Shown piece after piece: positions 1 through 16,400 of a stretch of DNA of 64,000 bases. Both the position numbers and the translations under genes were made by a program. How positions within the stretch are numbered: the first letter of the stretch is position 1; each line of letters opens with the position of its first letter. The DNA is from the human T2T-CHM13v2.0 reference genome, Homo sapiens: NCBI RefSeq assembly GCF_009914755.1, contig NC_060940.1. One strand, given 5' to 3'. The notes beneath the pieces are model-generated. The model was not told where the DNA came from. It was given only the letters and a program-made list of their open reading frames with translations, and did not search any database.

Positions 1-552
1 AGCCGATGATGTTTATTCCAGTTGCTCCGCTCATTGTGAATATGGTATTGTTGCTGCGGCAGATTTGGAGGCCGTGGCAGATTTGGAGGCTTTGGCAATG
101 GCTTCTGTTACCTTGCCATGAGGTAACTCAGTTCCCTCATCACTTTTCTCTGAGAACTATAAAACCTTGGAGGGGTGCCTTCTGCCCTTCGCTTGGCATG
201 TATATTATGCAGGGATCAGGTCTTACTCCGTTCTTGATTGTTAGTACAAATTAGTTAAAATCGTATTGTTTGGCCTTAGCCTGATGGTAAACACAACAGC
301 ACACGTGGGCTGTGAAATCTCTGGGCAGCTCTGTGTTTCTAGGGAAGCATCTCGATGATCCAGAACAGGCTTATACTAATGTTTTAGTGTAATTTTGAAA
401 TGAAAACACAGCATTTAAAAATTCTTATAGAGAATGTATAGACCTTGAGAAGTGTTAGCAGACCCAGTTTACGACATGTCTCAATATTATGAAACATTGC
501 TTTATTCCCTATCCTGCTTGTACATTTAATTTTTTCATCCAGTTTTAAACAA

Positions 553-735
553 CTTGGGTACTGTGGCCTGTGCCTGTATTCCCAGCTACTAGGGAGGCTG
601 AGGCAGGAGGATTGCTTGAGCACAGGACTTTGAGGGCTGTAGTGAGCTGTGATTGTGCCTGTGAATAGCCATTGTGCTCCAGCCTGGGCAACATAGCAAG
701 ACCCTGATACCTTGGGTTTTTAAAAAACAAAACAA
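553..735 (+). mobile_element. FAM-type fossil Alu monomer
   Basis: Retains the 7SL-like segment gtgcctgtgaatagccattg. Confidence 0.75.
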
Positions 736-1615
736 GATACATGCTGACATTTCTGGTTTGGCAGGCAGAGCTTGTTCTGCTCCCCACCCTCCCTTTTCCC
801 ATAGTAACCATTTATAGGACATCTCACTGTTGTCTACTCTGTGTTGCCTCTGCTTCCCTGCCTGGTAGATCTAGGAATCTTAGGATTTCTTAGTTTTAGC
901 TGGTGATCCGTATCTTTTTCTTAATTCCATTGTAACTTCAGCTTTTCTTATTGCTTGTAGGAAGGCTGTTTCCATTGAATACAAACAAAATAAAAGCTTT
1001 TATTCTTAATCTTAGAGATAGGATGTTTGTATTTAAAAATAATTGTGCTGTCAAAATTCTGTCAAGTTGGCTTTTACCACATTAGTTTTTTTTAATGTGG
1101 TTTATATGACCCTGGAGTACCTTGTCTTCTCACTGTTAAATTCTCAACTGAGTTGTCCCTATTTAAAGTGTGAGACTGTGCCAGTTTGATTTTAAAATAT
1201 TGCAAGTGCGTTATGGCAAGATAAAACTGCAAAGAAAGAACCTTCATGTCCCTTTGATTATAAATGCTTTTGGCACTTGTTTCTACTTTTTCCTAATGTT
1301 TTTTGAGGAAAGAACCTCCAACTCTCCAGACAGGTCTGGGGGCAAATGACTAAAACATGAACTGAGGCCCTGGGCTGTCTCTGTGAGGATATCCCCTCTA
1401 TTCTCTCTGAAATGTCCCAGCATGTGGTGCATTTCTTGTTAGTGTGGACTCCTCTGTATATAACACATCTTATTTATCTTCTGTGCATAACATGAAGTAG
1501 TGCCCTAATGCAATTCCAGGATGTAATTCAGCATTTCTATAAAAATACAGTGTTTTTCTACATTTGCATCAAAAAATAACCAGATAATTATATTTATTAA
1601 GAAAATAGCATTTTT

Positions 1616-1959
1616 GGCTGGGTGTGGTAGCTCACGTAATCCCAGCACTTTGGGAGGCCGAGGCAGGCAGATCACTTGAGGTCAGGAGTGAGGCAGGCAG
1701 ATCACTTGAGATCAGGAGTTCGAGACCAGCCTGGCCAACATGGTGAAACCCCATCTCTACTAAAAATGCAAAATTAGCCTGGCGTAGTGGTGCATGCCTG
1801 TAATCCTAGCTACTCAGGAGACTGAGGCAGGAGAATCACTTGAACTTGGGAAGGGGAGATTGCAGTGAGCTGAGATTGTGCCACTGCACTCCAGCCTAGG
1901 CAACAGAGTGAGACTCTGTTTCAAAAAAAAAAAAAAAGAAAAGAAAAGAAAGAAAGAAA
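1616..1959 (+). mobile_element. AluS with internal 30-bp duplication
   Basis: ggctgggtgtggtagctcac ... A-tail. Confidence 0.92.
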
Positions 1960-2139
1960 TGTATTTTTGGTATTTGTTTTCACAAACTAGAGCATTTATG
2001 TGAAATAACATTGCTAGTATTGATATTATACCATAGTATAATACTTAGTTCTTCAGCGATGTATCTCTGCTGATCAGCTACATGATATCTACTTGAGCTG
2101 TTGGATTTTTTTTAAGAACAGTGCATTTTTGAATGCTTT

Positions 2140-3250
2140 TGAAAAATTGTAGTAAAATACATAAAACAACATTTACCTTGTAAGCATTTTAATTGGTACA
2201 ATTCAGTGACATTAAGTACAGTCCCAGTTTAGTGCAACCACTGTTACTGTCTAGTTTCAGAACGTTTTTGCCCCAGATGGATACTCTGTACCTGTTGAAC
2301 ATTCAGTCCTCGTGGCCCAATAATCTTTATGTCTGTATAGATTTGCCTATTCTGCATATTTTATATAAATGGAATCATGTCTTTTGTGTCTGGCTTCTTT
2401 TACTTAGCATAGTATTTTCAAGGTTCATCCATGTTGCAGCATGTTTCAATACTTTGTTCCTTTTTATGTCCATTGTATGGATATGCCACATTTCGTTAAT
2501 GACAATTCTTTTGGGTAGCTACATTTTAAAACATTATAGTAGAATACATATAGCATACAATTTACTATCTTAACCATTTAAGCCTGCAGTTCAGTGGCAT
2601 TAAATACATTCACGTTACTGTGCAATTATCACCACCATCTGTTTGCAGAAATTTTTCATCTCCTCCATTTGAAACTCTGTATACATTAAACATGAACTCT
2701 CCCTTCTCCCCTTCCTCCAGCCCTGGCAGCCACCGTTCTACATTTTTATCTTTCTGACAGAGATTTTACTACTCTAGGTACCTCACATAAGTGAAATCAA
2801 CCAGTATTTATCCTTTTGTGACCAGCTTATTTCATTAGCTTAATGTCCTCAAGGTTCATACATGTTGTAGCATATGTCAACATGACTTTCCTTTTAAGGT
2901 TGAATAATATTCCATTGTATGTATATGTCACAATTTGTTTCTCCATTTATCCATCACTGGACATTTGGGTTGCTTTTACCTATCGGCTGTCTTGAATCAT
3001 GTTGCTATAGCTGTACAAGTATCTATTTGAGTTCCTGCTATCAATTCTTTAAGTATATGCCCAGAAGTGGAATTGCTGGATCATATGGTAATTCCGTGTC
3101 TGGTTTTTTTTTTGAGGAAGTGCCATGCTGTTTTCCACACAGCTGTACCATTGTACATTCCCCCCAGCAATGTACGAGGGCTCTGATTTCTTCACATCCT
3201 TGCTAACACTTAGTATTTTTTTTGATAGAATAGCCATCCTAATGGCTACT
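2140..3250 (-). mobile_element. Old L1 (L1M) 3' fragments, two in tandem
   Basis: Typical antisense L1 3' text (ttcatccatgttgcagcatg; cccagaagtggaattgctggatcatatgg). Confidence 0.8.
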
Positions 3251-3279
3251 TTTAAAGTATGTTTAACATTATTTATTTA

Positions 3280-3410
3280 TTTTTAATTTTTTTTGTAGAG
3301 ATGGCATCTTACTGTGTTGCCCAGGCTGGTCATGAACTCCTGGGCTCAAGCAGTCCTGCTTCAGCCTCCCAAAGTGTTCGGATTATAGGCGTGAGCCACC
3401 ATGCCCAGCC
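3280..3410 (-). mobile_element. Alu left monomer (FLAM-like)
   Basis: gtagagatgg...gtgagccaccatgcccagcc. Confidence 0.85.
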
Positions 3411-3446
3411 CAAATTTAAATATATAACTAAACACATAGCAGCTAA

Positions 3447-4085
<639 letters not shown>

Positions 4086-4413
4086 TCATTAATAAATGTG
4101 ATCTTTTTTCTTCCTATACAACAAGTTGTCAAGCAAGTATGACCTTCTTAATTGACCCTTTGACATGAACTGGGATGAGATCGTGGAGGATGTTGAGGAG
4201 ACAGTTGTTACCATAGTGCACTTCTAAAAACTTTAATTCTATAGATTTCTTTAAAATTTTTTTTAAAATTATTATGAGTACACAATAGGTGCATCTATAG
4301 ATTTCATTACCCTCAAATAAATGTACAAGGCAATGCAGAGAAATGCACAGTGTAACTTGGTAGACTTGACCTATCAAGTTACTGTTGAATATATTATGGA
4401 GCCTGTGTATTAC

Positions 4414-5002
4414 CAGGGGCAGCAGACTTTTCCTGTAAAGATAGTTGTTTTCAGCTTTGTTGAATCTGTGGTCTCTGTCTTAACTACAACTGAGAAAGCC
4501 ATTGACAATATATAGATGAATGTACATGACTATTCTAATAAAACTGTGTACACTGTAATTTGAATTGCACATAATTTTCATGTGTCTCCTGTATAATTCT
4601 TCTTTGACTTCTTTTCAACCATTAAAAAATGTAAAAACAGGCCAGGCGTGGTGGCTCATGCTTGTAATCCCAGCACTTTGGGAGGCTGGGTGGATTGCTG
4701 GAGCCCAGGAGCTTGAGATCAGCCTGAGCAATGTGACGAAACCCTGTCTCTACAAAAAATTAGCTGGGCATGGTGTTATGTGCCTGTGGTCCCAGCTACT
4801 TGGGAGGCTGAGGTAGGAGGATTGCCTGAACCCGAGGAAGTCAAGGCTACAGTGGTTTGTGCCACTGCACTCTAGCCTAGGTGACAGAGTGAGACCCTGT
4901 CTCAGTGAATGAATGAATACATTATTAGCTTGTGGACTATACAAAAATCAGAGGCTGGAGGTGAGCTGGGTATGGCCATTGGGTGTGGTTTGCTGACTTC
5001 TG
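4414..5002 (+). mobile_element. MER58-type hAT-Charlie DNA transposon split by an AluJ (4640-4905)
   Basis: caggggcagcagac ... gtttgctgacttctg degenerate TIRs; internal ttttcaaccattaaaaaatgtaaaaac. Confidence 0.7.
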
Positions 5003-5113
5003 GTAGAGAGGAATTAGGAGATGTTAAAGGTGGTGGAACTGTCAGATACTTGCATTCTTTTAGAAATACTTTGGAGTTAGCTTTTTGGTTCAGGCAAAGG
5101 ACCAAAGGGTTAG

Positions 5114-5472
<359 letters not shown>

Positions 5473-5789
5473 AGGTCCTGGAGTCTTTAAGAGGAGGTTT
5501 GTCTGATGGTTGGTTGGACAAAAGCCTGGGCATGTTGTCACCTTCCATAAGTGTTTGTGGGAATGTAGGTAATGAGGAGGAGTAAAGGATTCCTGAAGGA
5601 TGAGGAGGAGGGCTGGTGGCTGCCATAGGAAGTGATCACTGTTTTGGCAGACCTGTCTTAGAGTAATGACCGTCATACTCTCTCATTGCCCTTGTGAACT
5701 CATGAAATCCCATGGCTGCTAAAGCTGAAGGTCAAGTGGGGACTTCCCGGCCACTGGGCTTAGCACCCCACAGAGCTGTGGAGTGGGCA

Positions 5790-5905
5790 TTAATGTCCCT
5801 TTTTTATAGATGCAGAGACTGAGAATGAGGACTGTTGGTAACTTTTGAAAGGGCACTCAGCTAGAAAAGTCTGAGCCAGGATTTCAAGTCCCATGGCTTT
5901 ACCTC
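5790..5905 (+). mobile_element. MIR fragment
   Basis: ttttatagatgcagagactgag...gagccaggatttcaagtccc core. Confidence 0.6.
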
Positions 5906-5980
5906 TGTGTTCCTAATATTTGGTGTGTTCAAGTGAGATCTGTTTTTTTCCTATTTCATTTTGATTATTGATTTTCATAA

Positions 5981-6925
<945 letters not shown>

Positions 6926-8318
6926 TTTAATTGATTTTCTATGTGATCTTAGGGAAATCGATTATTTCCCATAAACATTTTTTTAATTAGAAGTTAAATT
7001 CTGCCTAGTTTGATTCACAGGATTATTGTGGATGACTGAAACAGAGAATAGGTAAGAGCTTCTTTGAAAAATATGAGGTACCATACAGAAGTTAGATGCT
7101 TTGTCCTGGTGATACCCCCTCCAAAGCACAGCTAAGGAAATGTGGAAGGCACTCTTATCTCATCATATAGCTTTGAAAGCCTAGCATTGAAAGTACGAAC
7201 TTGATTCTTTTGGAGAAATCCTTTGGCTCTCAGTGAGTTTACTTTCTATTAATGACTGTGTTAAGCGGAATGAAAACTGAAAGAGGAAAGGGGAGGAAGT
7301 CAGAATTAAGCAGGAAGAGTGAGCCCATAGCAGAGTCCAGATTTAGACCCCAAGCTACTTGGAATGATACTGGACAATTATGGGTGTGTTTAATGATGGT
7401 CCTGAGTCATGAAAACAAAAGGAGGCTTTAAATTATGTCTGGCTTAGTGTACAGCATATTTTTGTCATTATTCAAGTTTTAGCATGTAAAGAGGAAAGTG
7501 TGCAGTACTTATGCATATCATTTTCATTAATGAAACTAAATGAGGCCTCTTTAAAATTATCAGTGTTCACAGTATCTTCCAAAAGACATGTAAATGTATA
7601 AAGGTATAAAAAATATACATATAAATTTTACAATTTTGTGAGCTATATAGTAGATCTCTTATTTTGTCCATAGGTCTTAAAGATCTTATACTGTATTCAG
7701 GAATAAAGATAACTTCAGTGGGAGGCCTTTACAGGGCTAATGAGTAAGCATTATTTTGATAAAGTTCTGTGTTGTCTACAATAGATATAGTAGAAATACT
7801 CTTGGAATGGTAATCATCCCAGGCCCTGCTTTGGAGCGGAAGAAATAGTCAATGTAGAACTTTACAGTATATTGTACACAGATGTGCCTGCTAATAACTT
7901 CTGTAGACAGCAAAGTTTAAGAGAAATTAGGTGGTAAATGCAACATATGTATCTAAATAAATTTGGTCTGAGGGATTTGATAAGATGAAACAGTACATAG
8001 TCCAGAAAATTTTTATACTCAAAGAATTATAGAAAATATCTGAAATGTTTTCAGTTTTGTGCATATCCAGAAAATGTCATCCTGTGATCTGCTGGTTGGC
8101 AGCCCAGTGGCAGTATTAGATGTATTGTTTTTATTTTGTTTTGTTTGCTATTTATTTGGTTAAGAGAGTTACCTAATTAGGAGTGTGGAAAAAAAAGATT
8201 TATTATAGTAGTGGGCTTTTGTTTGACTTAAAACATTTTTGTTGTTACCACAGTATGAGTGCCTTGTTTGTGAAATTTGTTTACCGGGAAGCCATATACT
8301 TAGAGTAGCTTTTAGTTT

Positions 8319-8324
8319 ATCATT

Positions 8325-8360
<36 letters not shown>
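8319..8360. repeat. (ATC)n microsatellite
   Basis: About 14 units; produces the poly-Asp in ORF-track 8169..8639. Confidence 0.95.
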
Positions 8361-8478
8361 TCCTTCATCATGAAAGGAAGAAGCTACCAATGTTGCTTTA
8401 TTCTGCAAAAAATACAATAGATGCTTGTTGAAAGTATGGAGTGAAATCTTAAATATGTCTGTTAAAAAGAGTACAACT

Positions 8479-8968
<490 letters not shown>

Positions 8969-9093
8969 AGAGTACAACAACCTTTGGTAAACTTGGAATA
9001 TAAAGGTGTTTCCTTAACCTGTTAAAGAGCTGATAAAGAGTGGTACTTTCAAACCAGTACACATTATGTGAAACACTAGAGACACTTCCCATT

Positions 9094-9792
9094 TGTTAAA
9101 AGAAAAACCTTAGCCAAATTAAATTTAAGTTTTTTTTGGAGACAGAGTCTTGCTTTGTCACCCAGGCTGGAGTGCAGTGGTGCAAGCACAGCTCACTGCA
9201 ACCTCCGCCTTCTGGGTTCAAGTGATTTTCCTGCCTCAGCCTCCTGCGTAGCTGGGACTACAGGTGTGCACCACCACGCCTGGGTGATTTTTGTATTTTT
9301 TGTAGACATGGGGTTTTGCCATGTTGCCCAGTCTGGTCTTGAACTCCTGGGCTCAAGCAATCTGCCTGCCTGGGCCTCTGAAAGTGCTGGGATTACAGGC
9401 GTGAGCCACCATGCCATTTAATGGTTTAATTGAGCAAAGAATGATTTGCAAATTGGGCAGCCTCCCGAGCCAGAGTAGGTTCAGAGACTCCAGCACAGCC
9501 ATGTCGTGGAAAAAGATTTATGAATGGAAAGAGGAAAGTGATGTACCGAAAACGGAAGTGAGGTACAGAAACAGCCGGATTGGTTACAGCTCTGAATTTG
9601 CCTTATTTGAACACAAGTTGAGGTTTGTACAGTTGGCCACCTTTGATTGGCCAAAACTCGGTGATTGGCACAAGAGCAGGTTATAGTCTGTTTACATCTC
9701 CATTTTGGTTATAGTTCATTATGGACAGAAAAACCTGTAGGTCAAACTTAAAATATGTAAGGAGACAGTTTTAGGCTAAACTTGATTTAACA
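9094..9792 (-). mobile_element. MER57-family ERV1 solo LTR interrupted by an Alu
   Basis: TGTTAA...TTAACA termini, 4-bp TSD CATT (9090-9093 / 9793-9796); minus strand begins tgttaaatcaagtttagcctaaa, like the MER57 consensus. Confidence 0.85.
9129..9415 (-). mobile_element. Alu nested in the LTR
   Basis: Full dimer antisense; atttaa on both flanks. Confidence 0.9.
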
Positions 9793-9968
9793 CATTAAAT
9801 CCGTAACAAGACAGGATGCCTGCCCTCACCATGTTATTTGATCTTATTTTAGTAATTCTAGCCAATGTAGTAGGGCAAGAAAACTGCCTGCTTGGCTACA
9901 AAATAAACACACAAAAGTCAGTATCTGTAATATGTGACAGAAAATATAATTAAAAAAAAAAAAAAAAA

Positions 9969-10304
<336 letters not shown>

Positions 10305-10744
10305 TTACTAGAGCATCAAATCCCTAAGATAATTTAGAGCAAAGCCAGAAAAGTGAAGAAAATATAAAAATCTTTACAGTGGGTTGCATTTTAAAAAAAA
10401 ACTTGAAGATATCAGATCAACTCACTAATGTATTAATTAATATAATTTAAATTAAAATCCCACTGATTTTTTTGTGGGGAGGGTGGGAGAGTCATTTGTT
10501 AAAATGATTCTAAAGAGCATCTGGAAGAATAAGCAGGCAAGAATAGCCAAGAACATTTTGAAAACTAAAGATGAGTTTGGAAGACGATTGGTTTTGTACT
10601 ATCAACTACTTATAGATTTTACATGAATTTTAAAGGGTAATCTGAGCCCTCGAATAGACAGAAATAGCCATAGATCTGAAAGAACACTTAAGACCTGATC
10701 CAGCTATCCATGAGAGTATATATAATCAAAGTCTTTGTGTGTGA

Positions 10745-11250
10745 ATCAGGAGTCTTTCAGGTGCAAGGTAAATAAACTCATAATTGCTTACGCAAAGGTG
10801 GTATTTGCTTTAGTGACTCCAGAGAAAGCTCAAGTGCCTATCTCTCCCCTGACTTTGATTCTTTTTGGGGTTGGCTCCATTCTCTCCTGTTGCTAATGGC
10901 TTCCTTTGTGCAGCCAGAGGAAAGGAGGTGTGGTTTTTTGATACTTCCAGGCTTCTATTTTTATAGCTTGAGATCAAAGAGGGAAGTGACCTTCCTTAGA
11001 GTCAGTGTGTAAAGTCCTAAGGAAGATACCACGTGGGGTGCTGGGGCCATGTGCCCATCCCTGGCCCATGACCATGGGGATGCTACACTAACTGGGGGCC
11101 ACCCATGGCTGTTCCTGCCCTGAACTGCCAGCTGGCTTTGCAGTGCAGCCTCACCAGAATCACATGGAATAGTAGGGATATGAATTGTTTCCCAAAGAAA
11201 GTGTGTGGGGTGGTAGAATTACTAGTGGGGGAGTAAGGGGACAGGCCATT
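10745..11250 (-). mobile_element. Probable MLT1-type MaLR LTR remnant
   Basis: tcaggagtctttcaggtgcaagg and ggccatgtgcccatccctg resemble MLT1J/K antisense text. Confidence 0.5.
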
Positions 11251-11349
11251 GGGCATACTGGAGCAGCATTTACTCAGTCATTGAGAAAAGGATGGAACAT
11301 TCAATAAAGGGTGCTGGACACATTTGTGCTCTAAAAATTTTGTGTTTCA

Positions 11350-12600
11350 CCTATTAATTTATCCCTCCCCTTAGCCCCTGGCAAACACTGATCTGTTTAC
11401 TGTCTCCATAGTTTTGCCTTTCCCAGAATGTCACACCCTTGGAATCATACAGCATGTAACCTTTTCAGATTGGCTTCTTTTACGTAGTAATATGCATTTA
11501 GGATTCCTTCATGCCTTTTCCTGGATTGATAGCTCATTTCTTTTTAGTCCTGAATAATATTCCATTCTATGGATATACCACAATTGATCCATTCACCTAC
11601 TGAAGGTCATTTTGATTGCTTCCAAGTTTTGATAATTTAAAAAATTTTTTAAGACAGGGTGTCATTGTGTTTTCCATACTGGTCTCCTGAACACCTGGGC
11701 TGATGTGAACCCCTCTCCTCAGCCTCCTGGGTAACTGGGATTACAGCTATACACCACTGTGCCCAGTGTGACAATTATGAATAAGGCTGCTGTAAACTTC
11801 TGTGTAGGTTTTTTTGTGTGTGGACATTGGTTTTCAGTTCATTATGGTAAATACCAAGGAGTGCAGTTGCTGGATTGTATGGTAAAAGTATGTTTAGTTT
11901 GCTAAGGAACTGCCAGCTGGGTGTGGTGGCTCATGCCTGTAATCCTAGCATAATGGGAGGCTGAGACAGGAGGATCCCTTGAAGCCAGGAGTTCGAGACT
12001 AGCCTGGGCAACATAGTGAGACCTCATCTCTACAAAAAATTTAAAAATTAGCTGGGCGTGGTCTTATGTGCCTATAGTCCTAACTGCTTGGGAGACTGAG
12101 GTGGGAGGATCACTTGAGCCCAGGAGCTGGAGGTGGCAGTAAACTGTGATCATACCACTGCACTGCTGCCTGGGTGACAAAGCAAGACCCTGACTTAAAA
12201 AAAAAAAGAGAAAAGAAAAAAAGATGAGTCAGAGGGTAAGGAAGCAAAAATAAGTAAATAAATAAATAGAAGAGAAAAGAAAAAAGAAAAAACTGTCTTT
12301 CAAAGTGGCTGCGCCATTTTGCATTCCTACCAGCAATGAATGAGAGTCTGTTGTTGCACATCCTCACCAGCATTTGGTGTTGTCAGTGTTCTGGATTTTG
12401 AATATTCTATTAGGTATATAATGCTGTCTCACTTGTTTTAATCAATGATATATGACATTGAGCATCTTTTTAATATGTTTACTTCTCATCTATGTATCTT
12501 CTTTAGTGAGGCCTTTGTTTAGGTCTTCTGCCCATTTTAAAAAATGGGTTCATTTTCTTATTGTTGAATATCATGAGTTCTTTGTCTATTTTGAATACCT
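11350..12600 (-). mobile_element. Old L1 fragment interrupted by an Alu monomer (11640-11765) and a + strand Alu (11915-12222)
   Basis: L1 antisense text (ccattttgcattcctaccagcaatgaatgagag). Confidence 0.75.
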
Positions 12601-12624
12601 GCCTTTTGCTTTATTTTTGTGTTT

Positions 12625-12930
12625 TTTATTTTTTTTTTTTATTGAGACAAGTTCTCACTCTGTTGCCCAGGCTAGAGTGCAGTGGCATGAACATGGCTCA
12701 CTGCAGCCTCAACTTCTCCCAGCCTCAAGCAATCCTCTTGCCTCAGCCTTCCGAGTAGCTGGGACTATAGGCACACACCACCATGCCCTGCTAATTTAAA
12801 AGAGTTTTTTTTTGTAGAGGTGGGATCTCGCCATGTTACCCAGGTGGTCTTGAACTCCTGGCCTCAGGCAATCTTCCAGCCCTCAGCCTCCCAAAGTGCT
12901 GATTATAGGCCTGAGCCACTTAGCCTAGCT
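12625..12930 (-). mobile_element. AluJ
   Basis: Full dimer antisense. Confidence 0.88.
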
Positions 12931-13085
12931 CAGAATTTATTTTTTATTTGTTAATTTTGAAAAAATATAGGACCTCATAAAAGTCAGTCTACATTTGTAC
13001 ACATTATGTTTTTGGTGAATATGTAAATGGATTCTTTGTGAATCAATTTGGTTTTGTTTTTTTGCTTTTAAAAATACCAGCCCTG

Positions 13086-13815
<730 letters not shown>

Positions 13816-15799
13816 ACCAGCACTTAGCCAAAAGATTTCAACAGTGCAGAAAAAGAAAGTTGTGATATCTTTTCTCCAAATTAGTCTTGTTTTCAGTTTC
13901 ATTATCCAAGTAACCACTACTAATAGTTAAAACATTTGAAATACGTGTGGGAGCTTGTCCTATTTAATATAAATTATTTATTGAGCAAATAATCACCACT
14001 AGTATGTTTTGGATACTGGAATTTTCATATGTAGGAGTCCTTGAATGTAAGGTGCCCCTTTGGTAGTTCTGTGCTTCTTTTACCTGTACTGTAACATAGG
14101 GAAAGATGTTACAAATGGTTGTATTTTTAACAGAGCAGTATCTATTCTTAAACACCAGCCCTTCCACTAAAGGTAAACAACAAATGAATACATAAATGAA
14201 GTTTTGGTATTGGGATTATGTGGGTTAAACACATCCATATTTCATTATTAATATTTAAGAATATAACAAACTTTTTATTGGCATTTGGACCTTGTAGCTA
14301 AGGAAAGATTAAACTTTGTTTATTTGTGCTTTGTTTTTTTTCTTCACTCAGATATTTGAGGATTTCCCATTTGAGGAATACATTTATTAATCAAGCTTTA
14401 GTTTCAAGATCCTTGATCTTAGGGAATACCATCAACCGTTCTTCTTTAAGCTTCCTAACTTTGCCCAAATTTGGTTAGAACTACTCAAGAGTAGTTTGGG
14501 TAATTCAGAAATTTTATTGGAAGGGGAAAGAATTTTTGACCCAAATTAGATAAAGCAACTCTTGGGTAATGATTTCTTTTCTTGTTCTCTCTTTATAATC
14601 AATTGAAAGTAGTAGTAAGGCTGGGTGGCAAAAGAAAGAGGCCTGGGGAGAATCGCGTGGTTTTCATTATCTCTTTTCATAGCAGCAAAGTGGGAAGGGA
14701 CCAAGAGGAAATCAACTGAAAAACCATCCTTCTGAAACATTGGCCTAAAAAACTGTAGTCCAGAAATTGAGTGCAACTGGCAGTGGCATTTAAAAGGAAT
14801 GCTCTAATTTCTAGGAAAGCAGGCACGAGTACCTCTTAAAAGAAGAAAAAAATGAAAACTGTAATTTAGGACACATAGACGAGTATCCATTCCCTGTACT
14901 TTTACTCTCATGTCCTAACCAAGGAAGGGTTGCCATAGCAAATATGGCATTCCTTAGCCATGATTCACTGTTGTAAATGCCTGCAGCATTCATAAAAGTA
15001 AGATATATGGGCTCTTCTTTTTCCTTTTAAATCTTTATTTCTGTATTTAAATCTGTATGTCATCATCTGTATTTTCTCTCTTGTTTTTTTTAAATCTTGG
15101 GAGATGGTACAAATTATTTAGGGGAGGGAATGAGTTTCTTGTCCACAAATAGAGGAGAGAGAGGGCTTTTTGTCTTTCTACTTTGGAACTGGAGAGCTTC
15201 CTATTTAGGCATGGCCTTTTTCAAGTGACCTTGTATTGTTATCAGTACTGTAGAAGGTAGGCACGTTGTGTAAACTTTAAAATTGAAAGCCATTAGGCAT
15301 TCCACTTGTAAACCTTGGCTTTTTAAAGAAAATTACATGTTCATTGTGAATATTTTCTTATCGACCTATCTCTGTGCACATGCAGACTTCCTTTGCCTAC
15401 ATTCTGAAAGGTGTAATTGCCTTCTTTAAGGACAGCGGACATCTATAGTTCTTGGGTCAAATTGTCCTCCTTCTGGTTTTGTCAGTTCTCAGCCACACTG
15501 TGTGAGCATCCATTTTCTTGGATTCTGGTTCGGAGCTCATTTTAAGGAACATCATGTCCCTTTTGAGACTCTGTGGACATTGGGGTGGGTAGATGTCCCC
15601 CTGTGAACAGAAGGTCCCTCCCTAAGGAGGTGCTTCTCTGTGTTGAGTCCTGCATCTGGGCACACAGAGCCCGAAGCAGGAAGAGTTGAGTCTGAATAGG
15701 GAGGCCTGTAAGCCTGACTGCTCTGCCACGGGTAGGCCTGGTCTGCCATGCTCCAGGAGCCCCCAGGAGGCTCTGAAGTCATTCTGCCTCTGGGAATTT

Positions 15800-16400
15800 T
15801 ACAGAGGAGCTAATATTTGAGCTGAGTGAGAAGGTGATTCTTGAAAAAGCAAGGCATGCCCTGGTCCAGTTCTGTGGGGCTGTCGTAGAAGAGGGCTCGG
15901 AAGCTCTTGGGAGTGAGGCTAGAAAGGTAGGCAGTGTTACCATAAGGAGGTTGGAAGTGACACAGATAGGCTAAGGAAGGGGACTTCAGTAATCATGCAG
16001 CAATGGCCTGGAAAAGGGAGAGGCTCATAGTAGGGAGACCAGTTTGGAGGCTGCCATAGTGTTCTACTGAGAGAGAAAAAGACTTGAACTCAGAGCACGG
16101 TCAGGGAAGGTGGAGGGGCAGGGTCTGATTTGGAAGTGTTTTGTTTTTTGGTTTTGGGAACAAGGATTTGGAAACCTCTTGGCTCCGTAGATGAAGAAAG
16201 GTGAACCAAGGAAGACTGAAGTTTCCACTCAAGGAAACAGTAACTCAGGGAAGAAAACACAGGAGTAGGAATAGGTTTAAGAGAATGACAAGCAGTTGTG
16301 TTTTGGACTTGTTTAGTTCGAGGTGACATCTTTGTAGGGATGTCTAGCTGGTAGCTGCAAGTATAGGAGGAGGCTGGATGTGTGCATGAGTTTCTTGGTA
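15800..16400. mobile_element. Probable degenerate L2
   Basis: Purine-rich L2-like text (gttttggacttgtttagttcgaggtg). Confidence 0.45.

Noticed and set aside
58-90. 15-bp direct repeat GGCAGATTTGGAGGC x2
   Set aside because: Only two copies with a 3-nt spacer: a local slippage duplication, not an array.
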